NCBI RefSeq assembly: GCF_003018255.1
Contig: NZ_CP027440.1
DNA length: 64,000 nt
Reading direction: 5' to 3' (one strand)
From: Escherichia coli
Lineage (GTDB): Bacteria > Pseudomonadota > Gammaproteobacteria > Enterobacterales > Enterobacteriaceae
Positions 1 to 11,060 of this stretch are shown piece after piece. Under the pieces are notes generated by a model. It did not search any database. It was given only the letters and a program-made list of their open reading frames with translations, and was not told the origin of the DNA. Each line of letters starts with the position of its first letter. Positions within the stretch are counted from its first letter, which is position 1. The position numbers and the translations under genes were made by a program.

Positions 1-79
1 CCGGAATGCACTGAAAGGACCGATTACTGCGCTGGCGGAAGATCTGGCGCAACTTCGCGGTGTGCTGGGGCTGGACTAA
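1..79 (+). CDS. efeO: 3' end of efeO (periplasmic iron-uptake protein), partial; stop TAA at 77-79
   Basis: Open frame ending ...[15 protein letters not shown] directly upstream of efeB; matches the EfeO C-terminus from memory. Confidence 0.6.
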   Translation, partial: RNALKGPITALAEDLAQLRGVLGLD

Positions 80-84
80 GCGTT

Positions 85-1356
85 ATGCAGTATGAAGATG
101 AAAACGGCGTGAATGAACCGTCACGCCGACGTTTACTGAAAGGGATTGGTGCGCTGGCGCTGGCGGGAAGTTGTCCGGTCGCTCATGCACAAAAAACGCA
201 AAGTGCGCCGGGTACGCTTTCACCGGATGCACGCAATGAGAAACAGCCGTTTTATGGTGAGCATCAGGCAGGGATCCTGACGCCACAACAGGCTGCAATG
301 ATGCTGGTGGCGTTTGATGTGCTTGCCAGCGATAAAGCCGATCTTGAACGGTTGTTTCGCTTGTTGACTCAGCGTTTTGCTTTTCTGACTCAGGGCGGAG
401 CGGCACCAGAAACGCCAAATCCGCGCCTGCCACCACTCGATTCCGGCATTCTTGGCGGCTACATTGCGCCCGATAATCTCACCATAACGTTATCGGTGGG
501 CCACTCATTGTTTGATGAGCGCTTTGGCCTTGCGCCACAGATGCCGAAAAAGTTGCAGAAGATGACGCGTTTCCCCAACGACTCGCTGGATGCGGCGTTA
601 TGTCATGGTGATGTGTTGCTACAAATTTGCGCCAACACCCAGGACACGGTGATCCATGCGCTGCGCGATATCATCAAACACACGCCGGATTTGCTCAGCG
701 TGCGCTGGAAGCGGGAAGGGTTTATTTCCGACCACGCGGCGCGTAGTAAAGGTAAAGAGACACCGATTAATTTGCTGGGTTTCAAAGACGGCACTGCCAA
801 TCCCGATAGCCAGAATGCGAAGTTGATGCAAAAAGTGGTGTGGGTGACGGCAGATCAGCAGGAGCCTGCGTGGACAATCGGTGGTAGCTACCAGGCGGTG
901 CGGTTGATTCAGTTTCGGGTGGAATTTTGGGACAGAACGCCGCTGAAAGAACAGCAGACGATATTTGGGCGTGATAAGCAAACCGGCGCGCCGCTGGGAA
1001 TGCAGCATGAGCATGATGTGCCTGATTACGCCAGCGATCCGGAGGGGAAGGTGATCGCGCTGGACAGCCATATCCGGCTGGCGAATCCCCGCACGCCAGA
1101 GAGTGAGTCAAGTCTGATGCTGCGTCGTGGCTACAGTTATTCGTTGGGCGTCACCAATTCCGGGCAACTCGATATGGGGCTACTGTTTGTCTGCTACCAA
1201 CACGATCTGGAAAAGGGCTTCCTGACAGTACAAAAAAGGTTGAATGGAGAGGCGCTGGAGGAATATGTCAAACCTATCGGTGGCGGCTATTTCTTTGCGC
1301 TGCCGGGTGTGAAGGACGCGAACGATTATCTCGGAAGCGCATTATTGCGGGTTTAA
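85..1356 (+). CDS. efeB: Deferrochelatase / dye-decolorizing peroxidase EfeB, Tat-secreted
   Basis: 423-aa ORF; N-terminus has a twin-arginine signal ([17 protein letters not shown]...AHA); length matches EfeB. Confidence 0.95.
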   Translation: MQYEDENGVNEPSRRRLLKGIGALALAGSCPVAHAQKTQSAPGTLSPDARNEKQPFYGEHQAGILTPQQAAMMLVAFDVLASDKADLERLFRLLTQRFAFLTQGGAAPETPNPRLPPLDSGILGGYIAPDNLTITLSVGHSLFDERFGLAPQMPKKLQKMTRFPNDSLDAALCHGDVLLQICANTQDTVIHALRDIIKHTPDLLSVRWKREGFISDHAARSKGKETPINLLGFKDGTANPDSQNAKLMQKVVWVTADQQEPAWTIGGSYQAVRLIQFRVEFWDRTPLKEQQTIFGRDKQTGAPLGMQHEHDVPDYASDPEGKVIALDSHIRLANPRTPESESSLMLRRGYSYSLGVTNSGQLDMGLLFVCYQHDLEKGFLTVQKRLNGEALEEYVKPIGGGYFFALPGVKDANDYLGSALLRV

Positions 1357-1362
1357 TGTTTT

Positions 1363-1492
1363 TAGGCGGATAAGGCGTTTACGCCGCACCAGGCGTTCGT
1401 GCGCTGATGCGACGCTTGCGCGTCTTATCATGCCTACAATCGGTGCGGGTTCGGTAGGCCGGATAAGGCGTTCACGCCGCATCCGGCAAGCT
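1363..1492. repeat. REP/BIME cluster (repetitive extragenic palindromes)
   Basis: Several copies of the GCCGGATAAGGCGTTYACGCCGCATCCGGC-type palindromic unit in alternating orientation between efeB and phoH. Confidence 0.7.
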
Positions 1493-1539
1493 TTTACCAG
1501 TACTGCGAATCCTGCTGAAAGCACACAGCTTTTTTATCA

Positions 1540-1557
1540 CTGTCATCACTTTGTCAT
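1540..1557 (+). promoter_or_regulatory. Pho box (PhoB binding site) of the phoH promoter
   Basis: CTGTCAT-cact-TTGTCAT: two 7-bp direct repeats with 4-bp spacer, matching the PhoB box consensus, upstream of phoH. Confidence 0.6.
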
Positions 1558-1981
1558 CTTTCCAGTAGAAACTAATGTCACTGAAATGGTGTTTTATGGT
1601 TAAATATAAGTGAATATATTGTTGCAATGAATGCGAGATCTGGTGTAATTATTAAGTAGCAGCGGAAGTTCCCGGCAGTGATAGTCAGTCACTATGGAGA
1701 TCGCGGATGGTAACGTCCTGTACTGGACAATGTTTTGTTAAGCAAGGCTCCACCACTCGCGGAGATTTCTCCTCCGGTAGCAACTTCGTCACTCTGTATT
1801 TTTCTCACTTCCTCTCTTTACTCGTGTTACCGACGCCGCAAACGGTGTGCGTAGCCGTTTTTCGGCATTTTATCCAAAAGCAAACTATGGCTTACAAGGA
1901 AGCCAACCCTCTGATGTTCGTGCGCATAATCGCGCTGCCAACGGCGCGTGTGATGAATACAAACAACTCAAGGTGCTCTCC

Positions 1982-2770
1982 ATGGGAAGACAAAAAGCAG
2001 TGATCAAAGCTCGTCGCGAGGCAAAACGTGTGCTGAGACGGGATTCGCGCAGCCATAAGCAGCGTGAAGAAGAATCGGTCACCTCGCTTGTGCAAATGAG
2101 CGGCGTAGAAGCCATTGGTATGGCCCGCGATAGTCGCGATACCTCGCCCATCCTCGCGCGAAATGAAGCGCAATTGCACTATCTGAAGGCTATTGAGAGT
2201 AAGCAGCTGATATTCGCCACGGGCGAAGCCGGGTGCGGAAAAACCTGGATCAGCGCAGCAAAAGCGGCAGAGGCCCTGATACATAAGGATGTCGACAGGA
2301 TTATCGTCACCCGTCCAGTTCTGCAAGCCGATGAAGATCTTGGCTTCTTACCTGGTGATATCGCAGAAAAGTTTGCTCCCTATTTTCGCCCGGTCTACGA
2401 CGTGCTGGTTCGGCGCTTAGGGGCTTCCTTTATGCAGTACTGCCTGCGACCGGAAATAGGGAAGGTGGAAATTGCGCCGTTCGCCTATATGCGTGGACGT
2501 ACCTTTGAAAATGCAGTCGTCATTCTTGACGAGGCGCAGAATGTGACTGCCGCGCAAATGAAAATGTTTTTAACCCGCCTCGGGGAGAACGTGACGGTTA
2601 TCGTCAACGGTGATATCACGCAATGCGATTTGCCTCGCGGCGTGCGCTCCGGATTAAGTGACGCGCTGGAACGTTTCGAAGAAGATGAAATGGTCGGGAT
2701 CGTCCGATTCGGTAAAGAGAATTGCGTACGTTCGGCACTTTGCCAACGTACGCTACATGCATACAGTTAA
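1982..2770 (+). CDS. phoH: Phosphate-starvation-inducible ATPase PhoH (start uncertain; see findings)
   Basis: Walker A motif GEAGCGKT and PhoH-family core; ATG at 1982 preceded by AAGG. The ORF track opens at GTG 1847 in the same frame; a separate upstream ORF (ATG 1707) is in another frame. Confidence 0.85.
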   Translation: MGRQKAVIKARREAKRVLRRDSRSHKQREEESVTSLVQMSGVEAIGMARDSRDTSPILARNEAQLHYLKAIESKQLIFATGEAGCGKTWISAAKAAEALIHKDVDRIIVTRPVLQADEDLGFLPGDIAEKFAPYFRPVYDVLVRRLGASFMQYCLRPEIGKVEIAPFAYMRGRTFENAVVILDEAQNVTAAQMKMFLTRLGENVTVIVNGDITQCDLPRGVRSGLSDALERFEEDEMVGIVRFGKENCVRSALCQRTLHAYS

Positions 2771-2819
2771 GTGTATTATCGGCGCAGAGCCCGGGCGAAC
2801 CGGGCTTTGTTTTGGGTGT

Positions 2820-3233
2820 TTATACCCGGACTAGCGTTTTTTCTGAAACCACCATTTTTATTTGTCCCTGACTGGTGAAGTGTACGCTCATCCTGTGGCT
2901 TTTTTGTAGTTGCTGATAAAGCTCATCAGGTATTGCTAAGCTCTCTGCATATTCTTGCGGCGTATATTGGTATGCTGCATGATGCTGCTGTTTTTTAAAA
3001 CGCAGCTTATTGTACAATGCCCAGACGATTAACACGACGGCATTCGCCACTGCCAGCAAAAAATAGAACTGAAGTCGGCTTCTGGCCTCGCTTTGCCAGT
3101 AATAACCCGTCAGCAGATCAATGGCGAATAAGAATATGAACAAAGCAAATAATGTCCACAAGATGGTTGTGGCAACATAATCAACCAGTAAACGTACTGG
3201 CGATTGTCGGGTCGTAATAATTAGATTGTTCAT
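2820..3233 (-). CDS. pgaD: PGA biosynthesis protein PgaD
   Basis: 137-aa membrane protein immediately downstream of pgaC; length and sequence match PgaD. Confidence 0.9.
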   Translation of the reverse strand: MNNLIITTRQSPVRLLVDYVATTILWTLFALFIFLFAIDLLTGYYWQSEARSRLQFYFLLAVANAVVLIVWALYNKLRFKKQQHHAAYQYTPQEYAESLAIPDELYQQLQKSHRMSVHFTSQGQIKMVVSEKTLVRV

Positions 3234-3234
3234 A

Positions 3235-4560
3235 TTAACCTCTCAGAATCCCACGATCGGGACTTACCCAACGAGCGCGTTGTTTTTTAGGCATCAACAT
3301 GACTCGTGTAAATGATACCAATGTCGTTGCCAGGCTTAGCATCCAGAAAATAACCGGAAACCAAATAATCCAGAAAAGCGATGAAGCCAGATTGTGCTCA
3401 TAGCGATTCTCAATTACCAGACTGACAATAAATTGCAGTAAACATAACGTGCACAATAATATTCCGGCAGTATGTGTCGCTGCGATATGTGTCAATTCAA
3501 TATTTAACGGTACACCTGCAAGTTGGACTGCGTAAATAATGAAACCGACCAGGCAGGTAAAGGCCCATATTGTCGTCAGGCAGTATTCAAAAAACAGTGG
3601 CCACATTCGAAAGTTTTCTTTTCGCCACAACCTTGTCATATTTTTGAGGAATACTTCTGCACCGCCCTGAGCCCAGCGCAGGCGCTGTTTCCACAGCCCT
3701 TTTAACGTTTCAGGCATTAATATCCAGCACAGCGCCCGTGGCTCGTAAAAAATCGTCCACTGATTCAACTGCAGCTTCCAGCTAATATCAATATCTTCGG
3801 TGATCATATCGTCACTCCAGTAACCCACTTCTGCCAGGGCGCTGCGACGAAATGCGGCAATAACACCGGAAACGGTAAATACATTTCCATAGATACGCTG
3901 GGTCCGCTTGATCAAACCAATAATTGAGGAATACTCGCCAACCTGAATTTTACCCACTAGGGTAGAACGTGTGCGAATACGAGGATTACCGGTTACGGCA
4001 CCCACACGTGGGTTGTACAACATCGGTTCCACAATATATGCCGCTGCATCGCGGTCTAATAACGCGTCGCCATCAATGCACACCAGATATTCACTTTTCG
4101 CCGCGGCAGCTCCGGTTTTAAGCGCAATGGCTTTCCCCTGGTTTTGCGCCAGATGAATGACCCGCAGACGGGGAATTTGTGCAGCCATGCGATCCAGGAT
4201 GGCACGGGTTTTGTCTGTTGAACCATCATTTACGGCAATAACTTCAATGTTCTCATAACGCTGTGCTAAAGCGGCATGTATGGTTTCCTCAACGTTTTTC
4301 TCCTCATTAAAACAGGGAATGATAATGGAGATAGATGGATTATCTTTCAACTGGGGGGCTGGTGCGTTTTCTCCCCACGGCCAGTGGCGTTCACGATAGA
4401 CCCAGAAATAGACGCCGCCAATAATCCACATAATGGACATAAAAAACGGCCAGAAGAAAACGAACCTCATCATCAGTTCACCAGAGTGAAAGTACGCTAC
4501 GCATAGAGGTATGCATAACACCAGACATAATATAAAAAACGATACGATGCGATTAATCAT
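3235..4560 (-). CDS. pgaC: Poly-beta-1,6-N-acetylglucosamine synthase PgaC (GT2 glycosyltransferase)
   Basis: 441-aa ORF with GT2 motifs ([23 protein letters not shown]). Confidence 0.95.
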   Translation of the reverse strand: MINRIVSFFILCLVLCIPLCVAYFHSGELMMRFVFFWPFFMSIMWIIGGVYFWVYRERHWPWGENAPAPQLKDNPSISIIIPCFNEEKNVEETIHAALAQRYENIEVIAVNDGSTDKTRAILDRMAAQIPRLRVIHLAQNQGKAIALKTGAAAAKSEYLVCIDGDALLDRDAAAYIVEPMLYNPRVGAVTGNPRIRTRSTLVGKIQVGEYSSIIGLIKRTQRIYGNVFTVSGVIAAFRRSALAEVGYWSDDMITEDIDISWKLQLNQWTIFYEPRALCWILMPETLKGLWKQRLRWAQGGAEVFLKNMTRLWRKENFRMWPLFFEYCLTTIWAFTCLVGFIIYAVQLAGVPLNIELTHIAATHTAGILLCTLCLLQFIVSLVIENRYEHNLASSLFWIIWFPVIFWMLSLATTLVSFTRVMLMPKKQRARWVSPDRGILRG

Positions 4561-6571
4561 TTTTCGGATACCAGGCTGTTGAAAACTCAGGACGAATAAC
4601 GTCTATTTCAGGTTGGTTATGCAGAAAATTGTCGGGATAATAACCATAATTTTTCACTCCATTCAGTTGTAATAGGCTCATCCAGTGAGCGAGTTGTTGT
4701 GAAGAAATAGCCTGATGCTGACCATTTTTCTGCCAGTTTTGTGCCTGTAATTCTAAAATTGATTTGTCTTTAGCCTGCGGGATGCTTTTCATCTGATTGG
4801 TCAATTGTGTTAACCATTGATCAGCCGATTTTTCTGTGACGCCTTCCATATAAGGCATAGCCATAATAGCGGTCCAGTCATAGCTTTTTAGGAAATCAGC
4901 ATAATTCTGTGCAAACCAAGCTTCACTTTCAGGTTGTATTACCGGAAGTGCAAAAATATTTCGTGCAGTTTTAACATGTGGACCACGAATGGCTTTTACG
5001 CGCGCACTAAGTTCTAAAGTGAAGTCAGTTAACGCACGACTTTTAAAGCGGGTCCACTGTTTGAATTGCTCCGGGTTTTGTCGAATTTCGCTCAGACTCC
5101 CGCTAAAGCCAGCTTGCTGATAAGCCGCGATAGCCGCTGCACTGGCATCTTCATAATCTGAAAGCAAAGCATCATCGTGGAACAATATGCCATCAAAAGC
5201 AGCATGTCCGGCAAGATCATCATATAACATGCCAACTTGTGCTCTGACCCTGTCATCGAAAGGGGAGAGACGGCGGTATTGTTCAGGATGAATTTGTGCT
5301 TTTTTCTCCCCAGTTGGTAAGTATTTTACTCGCGTTAATGTGGGATCTAAATCCCAGCTTAATACCGGCATCCACGCATAGATGTTTACACCTGAGCGGG
5401 TACGCAATTGCCAGGCAACCCGACTAAAAATATCTGCTTTCATTGGTAGCAAACGATTTGGAAACCAGACCTCTTTAACCAGCCCATCACCATCGGGATC
5501 AGCAAATGCTTGTAAATACACGGTAGATATTTGCATATCTTTTACCCTCTGAATTAGCACATCAATATTGCGATCCATTTGCTGGCGGTTTTCGTCATAA
5601 ATGTAATCAAGATCGATATGCATTACCCGTTGTAGTGGTTTTTCCTGTACGGTAATAATTTGCTGGGCAAACTCTTTTAATGAGGGATTATTGGCGATTA
5701 ATACTCGCGGAATGGAATCTAATTGCGACGCATTTGCCAAACCTGATTCAAGGGTGAAGAACATGTCATAACCGAGTTTTTTTAATTCCGCGATTGCTAT
5801 GCCATTCGCTTCGCCATAAGGCCAAACAAAAACGTGTGGATTTACCTCAGCCTTTGTACGCAGGTATTCCGTCATTTTTACAGCATCCAGACGAATTCTT
5901 TCCCGGTATTCTGCTGCGGTTTCATACCGTGCGTGGTCAGTAAAATATGCACGATTTACATATACAGGCAATAAGCTGCCGGTGGCATTAGCCTGAATAC
6001 CGTAGTGAGAATTCCATGTATGAGAAGCGACCTCAACGAGCCGGGAACGCGCAACTTCTCGCACTTGTTGCCACGTGGCAAAATATTCTCGACTGACCAT
6101 CTCATCGCCAAATTTTACTTGTTCATCCGCTGGCGTATCGACCCAACTGCCGACGGGGGCCCATACAGCAGGCCACTGGAAGGCCTGAAGAATTGGGAAG
6201 ACGCGGGTATAAAAACTCTGGTAGCCGTCATCAAAAGTCAGCACTACTGCTTTTTCCGGTAGCGGTTTTCCTCCTCGATGTGCTTCACGAATTTGAGCAA
6301 TACTGACCGGTTGATAACCGTTCTCGCGCAGCCAGGCAAATTGTTCACGCAGTGCTGATGTCCGCACTGACATAAAACGCTGGTCGGCAGCTTCGTCTTC
6401 AACGTTATGCCATGAAATCGCCACAAAACCATTATGCGGCCACGGTTGCTCGGCGAGTAAAGATTCGCGATCCTGTGGCGGTATAAATGATGTTCTTGAC
6501 TGGCTAATGCACGCAGTGAGCATAATTATACTCACCAGCATCAGGATATATTTATTTCCATTACGTAACAT
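4553..6571 (-). CDS. pgaB: PGA N-deacetylase lipoprotein PgaB
   Basis: 672-aa ORF with lipoprotein signal (LTAC) and polysaccharide deacetylase region; overlaps pgaC start by 8 nt. Confidence 0.95.
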   Translation of the reverse strand: MLRNGNKYILMLVSIIMLTACISQSRTSFIPPQDRESLLAEQPWPHNGFVAISWHNVEDEAADQRFMSVRTSALREQFAWLRENGYQPVSIAQIREAHRGGKPLPEKAVVLTFDDGYQSFYTRVFPILQAFQWPAVWAPVGSWVDTPADEQVKFGDEMVSREYFATWQQVREVARSRLVEVASHTWNSHYGIQANATGSLLPVYVNRAYFTDHARYETAAEYRERIRLDAVKMTEYLRTKAEVNPHVFVWPYGEANGIAIAELKKLGYDMFFTLESGLANASQLDSIPRVLIANNPSLKEFAQQIITVQEKPLQRVMHIDLDYIYDENRQQMDRNIDVLIQRVKDMQISTVYLQAFADPDGDGLVKEVWFPNRLLPMKADIFSRVAWQLRTRSGVNIYAWMPVLSWDLDPTLTRVKYLPTGEKKAQIHPEQYRRLSPFDDRVRAQVGMLYDDLAGHAAFDGILFHDDALLSDYEDASAAAIAAYQQAGFSGSLSEIRQNPEQFKQWTRFKSRALTDFTLELSARVKAIRGPHVKTARNIFALPVIQPESEAWFAQNYADFLKSYDWTAIMAMPYMEGVTEKSADQWLTQLTNQMKSIPQAKDKSILELQAQNWQKNGQHQAISSQQLAHWMSLLQLNGVKNYGYYPDNFLHNQPEIDVIRPEFSTAWYPKND

Positions 6572-6579
6572 ATTTATCC

Positions 6580-9003
6580 TTAAAATCTGAATGTCATATC
6601 GAATTCAACGTATAAGTTGTGTTCTCTGTCACCGTCATAAGGTCGTTTTTCCCAGCGTAGCGTTGCGCCAGCATCAATCACGTCATTCCAGCTAATACGT
6701 TGCCCGTAGCCGAGTTGGGTGACGACATCCGTGCCATAATGTTTTTGCCAGGAGGCACCAACACCTGCGCTGAAGATTTGCTCCCAGCTATTTTCATAGC
6801 TTCGCCATAACAAATGACTTGCCTCAAATGCCGGAACAATATCGAACGTTTTTATAGGGTTGTAGTATGGAGTGTCGTGTTCTGTATTTTGTTCGTAATA
6901 CAGATTGGGTAGGAAATCGACAATCAAATATGGTGAAGACCAGATGCGTTCCTGACCCTCAAGTGAGACTTCCTGACGCTGGTTACTGTCGGAAAAATCA
7001 GTGAAAGCCCAGGAGACACCGTACTTACGCCGCTCATTTTGATACCAGCGAACATAAGCCTGAGCACTGTTGCCTGTAACACCATTTTTCATTGCCCGTA
7101 ATGGAACGCGGTGAGAGAGGCGTTCCAGTTGCGAACCAATACGCCAGTTATCATTAAAATCATACCAGCCAGACAGGCGCGCGCCGGGTTTATGCTCATG
7201 ATTGAAAACGCGTTCAGCGTACTCCGCCTCGAGCCAGATATTACGTGACCGCCACTCAACACCCGCCAGCCAGTCGCGAACAATCCCTTTTCCTTCGCTA
7301 AATTGTCCATCGGCATAACCGAATCCAGCAAAACCGCGCCAGTTATCCTTCAGCGGTGGTGAATAAACGATGGTGGTTAAGTCGACATCATGTTTACCAC
7401 TATCCGGGCCTTCGGCATCAATTCCTGTTGAACCAGCTATACGAAGCTCTGCAAGATTATGTACATCAACCGCACGTTTTAAACGTACAACGCCGGGATC
7501 TTGCGGTTCACGTTCGACAACATCGTGCGTTAAGACAGCTGCCTGCTGCCATTCTTGTAACGTTAATGCTGTCCATGCTTGTTCAACCTCCAGATTAATA
7601 TTACGTGGCTCGATCACTTCTGCTTTTTTTAATTCATTTTCTGCTGCACGAGGCCAACCGCGGGCTTGTAACACACTCGCGTAATCAATGCGCAGTCCCT
7701 GATTTCCTGGTGCGTTATAAGCAAGCTCTCTGGCTATCATTTCAGCCTGAGGAAGATCATTACTATATTTTGCTACGGTTGAGAGAAACGAATGCCCCTG
7801 TAACCAGGTATCATTCGGGATGCTCGTAGGCGTGCCCATTAACCGAAGGAAAGGCGGCGAAGTATTAATGGTATGTTGGGTGACAGTTAGCGCGCCGGGA
7901 TAATTTTCACTCTCCAGGTGGCTGTAAAAGAGATCCGCAAGTTCTTCATCGGATAAATCCGGGGCAATGGTCTCCTTGTGATAAAAGAGCTCTGTCATTA
8001 TTGACTGTGCTTTTTTTGGCTGCTGTTCTTTGAGATAAGCCGACGCAACCCAATATTGCGCCCAGGGCGGAATAATTTGCCTCGTATTTTTTAAACGCTG
8101 ATAGTGAGAAATAACGTCTTTATAACGATCGCGAGTTAATAACGCGCCAAGATGATCAACCTGAATACGCTGGTACTGGGCAGTGCGGTCTGAGTTATCG
8201 TGCCACAGAATTTCTAATGCAGCGTATTGGGCGAGGGCGCGATCGGCAATGGCATAACGTTCACTTTCACTGCGCGTAGGCATAAACGACAGTCTGATCA
8301 GTTCGGCATGAATATCAGCGCGAATATCTGGCGTTAAATTGGCATCGTCAATCGCGGCAGCTAGTTGATTATTACGTAATGCCTGCACGTATTCTGTGGG
8401 ATATTGTTGCTTAGATGCATTTTCAGGTAATGACTCTGTCATCGCCCGTAATTCATCCTGATGACGCCCCGTCAGTTTATAGATATAGGCTTCTGCGAGT
8501 AAATTGGCTTTGTCCGGCGCTCCAGATTTAAGCTGCTTAAGTTTAACCAGCGCAGTATCATAGTGACCCGCATCTGCCAGGGTTAAAATTTGTCCCCGTT
8601 GATAATCCTTATTTTGCGGCTCCAGAGAGAGCGCCTTTTGCCACAGTGTAAGCGAGTTTTGCCATTGTTGCAGGTTACGATAAGCGACGGCGACAGCTGC
8701 ATAACCACGCGCTGGTAATTGCTGATGACGGTAGCGGCTGTAAACGGTAATGACCTGTTTATCTTGCCCGGCCCATAAGGCAATTTGTAACCAGTCAGCA
8801 ATTTGGTTATTACTGAGTGTTGATTTTTGTGCAAACCATGACAAAGCTGGCTGAGTATTTCCTTTGCGAGCTTCAATAATCAATGCATCATAGGCGTTAT
8901 TAACAGCACTCTTCGCCGCGGGACTCGCTGCTAAAAATGCGGCAGTAAGAAGTTTCAAAGCCCATTTGGTTTTCGGGCACCTTTTTCTGCTACTTGAATA
9001 CAT
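6580..9003 (-). CDS. pgaA: PGA outer-membrane export porin PgaA (TPR plus beta-barrel)
   Basis: 807-aa ORF with signal peptide; length and sequence match PgaA. Confidence 0.95.
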   Translation of the reverse strand: MYSSSRKRCPKTKWALKLLTAAFLAASPAAKSAVNNAYDALIIEARKGNTQPALSWFAQKSTLSNNQIADWLQIALWAGQDKQVITVYSRYRHQQLPARGYAAVAVAYRNLQQWQNSLTLWQKALSLEPQNKDYQRGQILTLADAGHYDTALVKLKQLKSGAPDKANLLAEAYIYKLTGRHQDELRAMTESLPENASKQQYPTEYVQALRNNQLAAAIDDANLTPDIRADIHAELIRLSFMPTRSESERYAIADRALAQYAALEILWHDNSDRTAQYQRIQVDHLGALLTRDRYKDVISHYQRLKNTRQIIPPWAQYWVASAYLKEQQPKKAQSIMTELFYHKETIAPDLSDEELADLFYSHLESENYPGALTVTQHTINTSPPFLRLMGTPTSIPNDTWLQGHSFLSTVAKYSNDLPQAEMIARELAYNAPGNQGLRIDYASVLQARGWPRAAENELKKAEVIEPRNINLEVEQAWTALTLQEWQQAAVLTHDVVEREPQDPGVVRLKRAVDVHNLAELRIAGSTGIDAEGPDSGKHDVDLTTIVYSPPLKDNWRGFAGFGYADGQFSEGKGIVRDWLAGVEWRSRNIWLEAEYAERVFNHEHKPGARLSGWYDFNDNWRIGSQLERLSHRVPLRAMKNGVTGNSAQAYVRWYQNERRKYGVSWAFTDFSDSNQRQEVSLEGQERIWSSPYLIVDFLPNLYYEQNTEHDTPYYNPIKTFDIVPAFEASHLLWRSYENSWEQIFSAGVGASWQKHYGTDVVTQLGYGQRISWNDVIDAGATLRWEKRPYDGDREHNLYVEFDMTFRF

Positions 9004-9237
9004 CCTGTATTACTCCATGTATTGCCAAAATCTCTCTCTATATCTAATTACAGGTAACTGAAAAGAAAGATATTTTTGCATCTCATAATCCGTTATTAAA
9101 CGCGGAAGAGACACGTGAATTGTTGATGATGAGAAGAAGAAATGATGAGCAGATTGTCCATATAAAATCCTTTTCTCGCCCGAAAATCCATTCCAATGAT
9201 GAGGATCTTCAGGAATACGGCATAAATCCCAATGCCT
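9004..9237 (-). promoter_or_regulatory. pgaA 5' leader with multiple GGA motifs (CsrA-binding leader)
   Basis: AT-rich untranslated region upstream of the pgaA start with at least six GGA motifs on the transcribed strand, one adjacent to the start codon (GGATG). Confidence 0.5.
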
Positions 9238-9590
9238 TTTTCAAAATAAATTAGGATTAAAATAATTAAATCAGTAAATTCCGATGCATAATTTCGGATT
9301 TTTCGAAAGTCCTGATGAAAGGCAGCGCTACTGCACTCACGAATTTAATTGTTATTCCTAATGTATCTATTAATTAATGCTTTATAAGGATTTTATTATA
9401 ATCCTTTATAAGTATTTGCAAGCCTGCCTTGCAGCAAAAAATGTATAAAGCATTAAAGTGATAATAATTACATTCTGCAACTATCATCATCGGTATTGTT
9501 TGTGGGTGGATTTTCATATTGACAACAGTACAGTTCTTATATCTATTAATAATAAAAAGGGATCTACAACCTACAGGTTGGTGTAGCTTT

Positions 9591-10958
9591 ATGGAAAAAG
9601 ACTATTTGGGAATTAGTAGTACTGTATTAGTGAGCTTATTGTTTGGGCTTGCATTGGTTTTGGTTAATAGTTGGTTCAATCAGCCAACCGTTGAGGAAGT
9701 TGTTCCACGATCAACCTATCTGATGGTTATGATTGCTTTATTTTTTATCGATACTGTTGCATTTATTTTTATGCAGTTGTATTTCATTTATGACCGTAGG
9801 CAATTTTCAAACTGTATACTTAGTTTGGCTTTTCTAAGTTGTTTGATTTACTTTATTAAAACCGTCATTATCATTCAGCAAATTATTGAGGGGCGTTTGA
9901 CAAGCAGTGTTGTTCAAAATGACATTGCAATTTATTATTTGTTTCGTCAGATGAGTTTGTGCGTATTAATATTTCTGGCATTGGTAAATAAAGTTAGTGA
10001 AAACACAAAACAGCGCAATTTGTTTTCCAAAAAAGTGACTTTGTGCATAACTTTGTTTTTTGTTCTTGGGGGGCCGATAGTTGCTCACATATTTTCTAGC
10101 CATTATGAGAGCTACGATTTACACATTGCCGAGTTAACCAATAAAAATGGTCAGGTGGTTTGGAAAGCCTCATATGTTACCATAATGATTTTCATGTGGT
10201 TAACCTTGCTTTCGGTTAATCTATACTTTAATGGTTTACGCTGTGATATCTGGAACGGGGTGTCGGTGATTGCTTTTTGTGCCGTGCTGTACAATATCTC
10301 TCTGTTATTTATGAGCAGGTATAGCGTGTCCATTTGGTATATTAGTCGCACTATTGAAGTAGTCAGTAAGTTAACCGTTTTGGTAATTTTTATGTGCCAT
10401 ATATTCAGTGCGCTACGAGTAACAAAGGACATTGCACATCGCGATCCCTTAACCAATATATTTAACAGAAATTATTTTTTTAATGAACTGACGGTTCAAT
10501 CAGCATCGGCCAAAAAAAAACCTTATTGCGTCATGATTATGGATATTGACCACTTCAAAAAAGTCAACGACACCTGGGGACATCCGGTTGGCGATCAAGT
10601 GATAAAGACAGTGGTGAATATCATTGGGAAAAGCATACGACCAGATGACCTTTTAGCGCGCGTTGGCGGCGAAGAGTTTGGCGTCTTGCTGACGGAGATC
10701 GATACTGAATGTGCGAAAGCTTTAGCGGAAAGGATTCGGGAAAATGTTGAACGTTTAACTGGCGATAATCCTGAATACGCCATACCACAAAAAGTGACAA
10801 TTAGTATTGGCGCTGTTGTAACGCAGAAAAATGAGTTAAACCCTAAGGAGATCTATCAACTGGCTGATAACGCACTTTACGAGGCGAAAGAGACCGGGCG
10901 TAATAAGGTGGTAGTAAAAGAGGCAGAAATTCTTATCAACCGCAAGGATGATGAATGA
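9591..10958 (+). CDS. dgcT: Membrane-anchored diguanylate cyclase (GGDEF) YcdT/DgcT
   Basis: Multi-TM N-terminal half plus C-terminal GGDEF domain (RVGGEEFGVLL); start placed at ATG 9591 (MEKDYLGISS), downstream of the ORF-track start. Confidence 0.85.
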   Translation: MEKDYLGISSTVLVSLLFGLALVLVNSWFNQPTVEEVVPRSTYLMVMIALFFIDTVAFIFMQLYFIYDRRQFSNCILSLAFLSCLIYFIKTVIIIQQIIEGRLTSSVVQNDIAIYYLFRQMSLCVLIFLALVNKVSENTKQRNLFSKKVTLCITLFFVLGGPIVAHIFSSHYESYDLHIAELTNKNGQVVWKASYVTIMIFMWLTLLSVNLYFNGLRCDIWNGVSVIAFCAVLYNISLLFMSRYSVSIWYISRTIEVVSKLTVLVIFMCHIFSALRVTKDIAHRDPLTNIFNRNYFFNELTVQSASAKKKPYCVMIMDIDHFKKVNDTWGHPVGDQVIKTVVNIIGKSIRPDDLLARVGGEEFGVLLTEIDTECAKALAERIRENVERLTGDNPEYAIPQKVTISIGAVVTQKNELNPKEIYQLADNALYEAKETGRNKVVVKEAEILINRKDDE

Positions 10959-11020
10959 GTCTGTCGCTAGTTGTCGACCTCCGCCTGGGGCTTCTCATCC
11001 CCCAGTGTGTGAAATATACG

Positions 11021-11048
11021 AAAAAAAGCTCGCACTTTCGTACGAGCT
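11021..11048 (-). terminator. Intrinsic terminator downstream of serX
   Basis: Hairpin AGCTCG...CGAGCT followed by a U-run on the minus strand, just 3' of the tRNA. Confidence 0.45.
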
Positions 11049-11060
11049 CTTCTTTAAATA

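Noticed and set aside
619-1111. Minus-strand ORFs of 150 and 109 aa
   Set aside because: Embedded antisense in efeB.
1707-2003. 98-aa ORF upstream of and overlapping phoH
   Set aside because: Low-complexity, Cys/Phe-rich translation in a different frame from the PhoH core; treated as leader or as the out-of-frame remnant discussed in the phoH finding rather than an independent gene.
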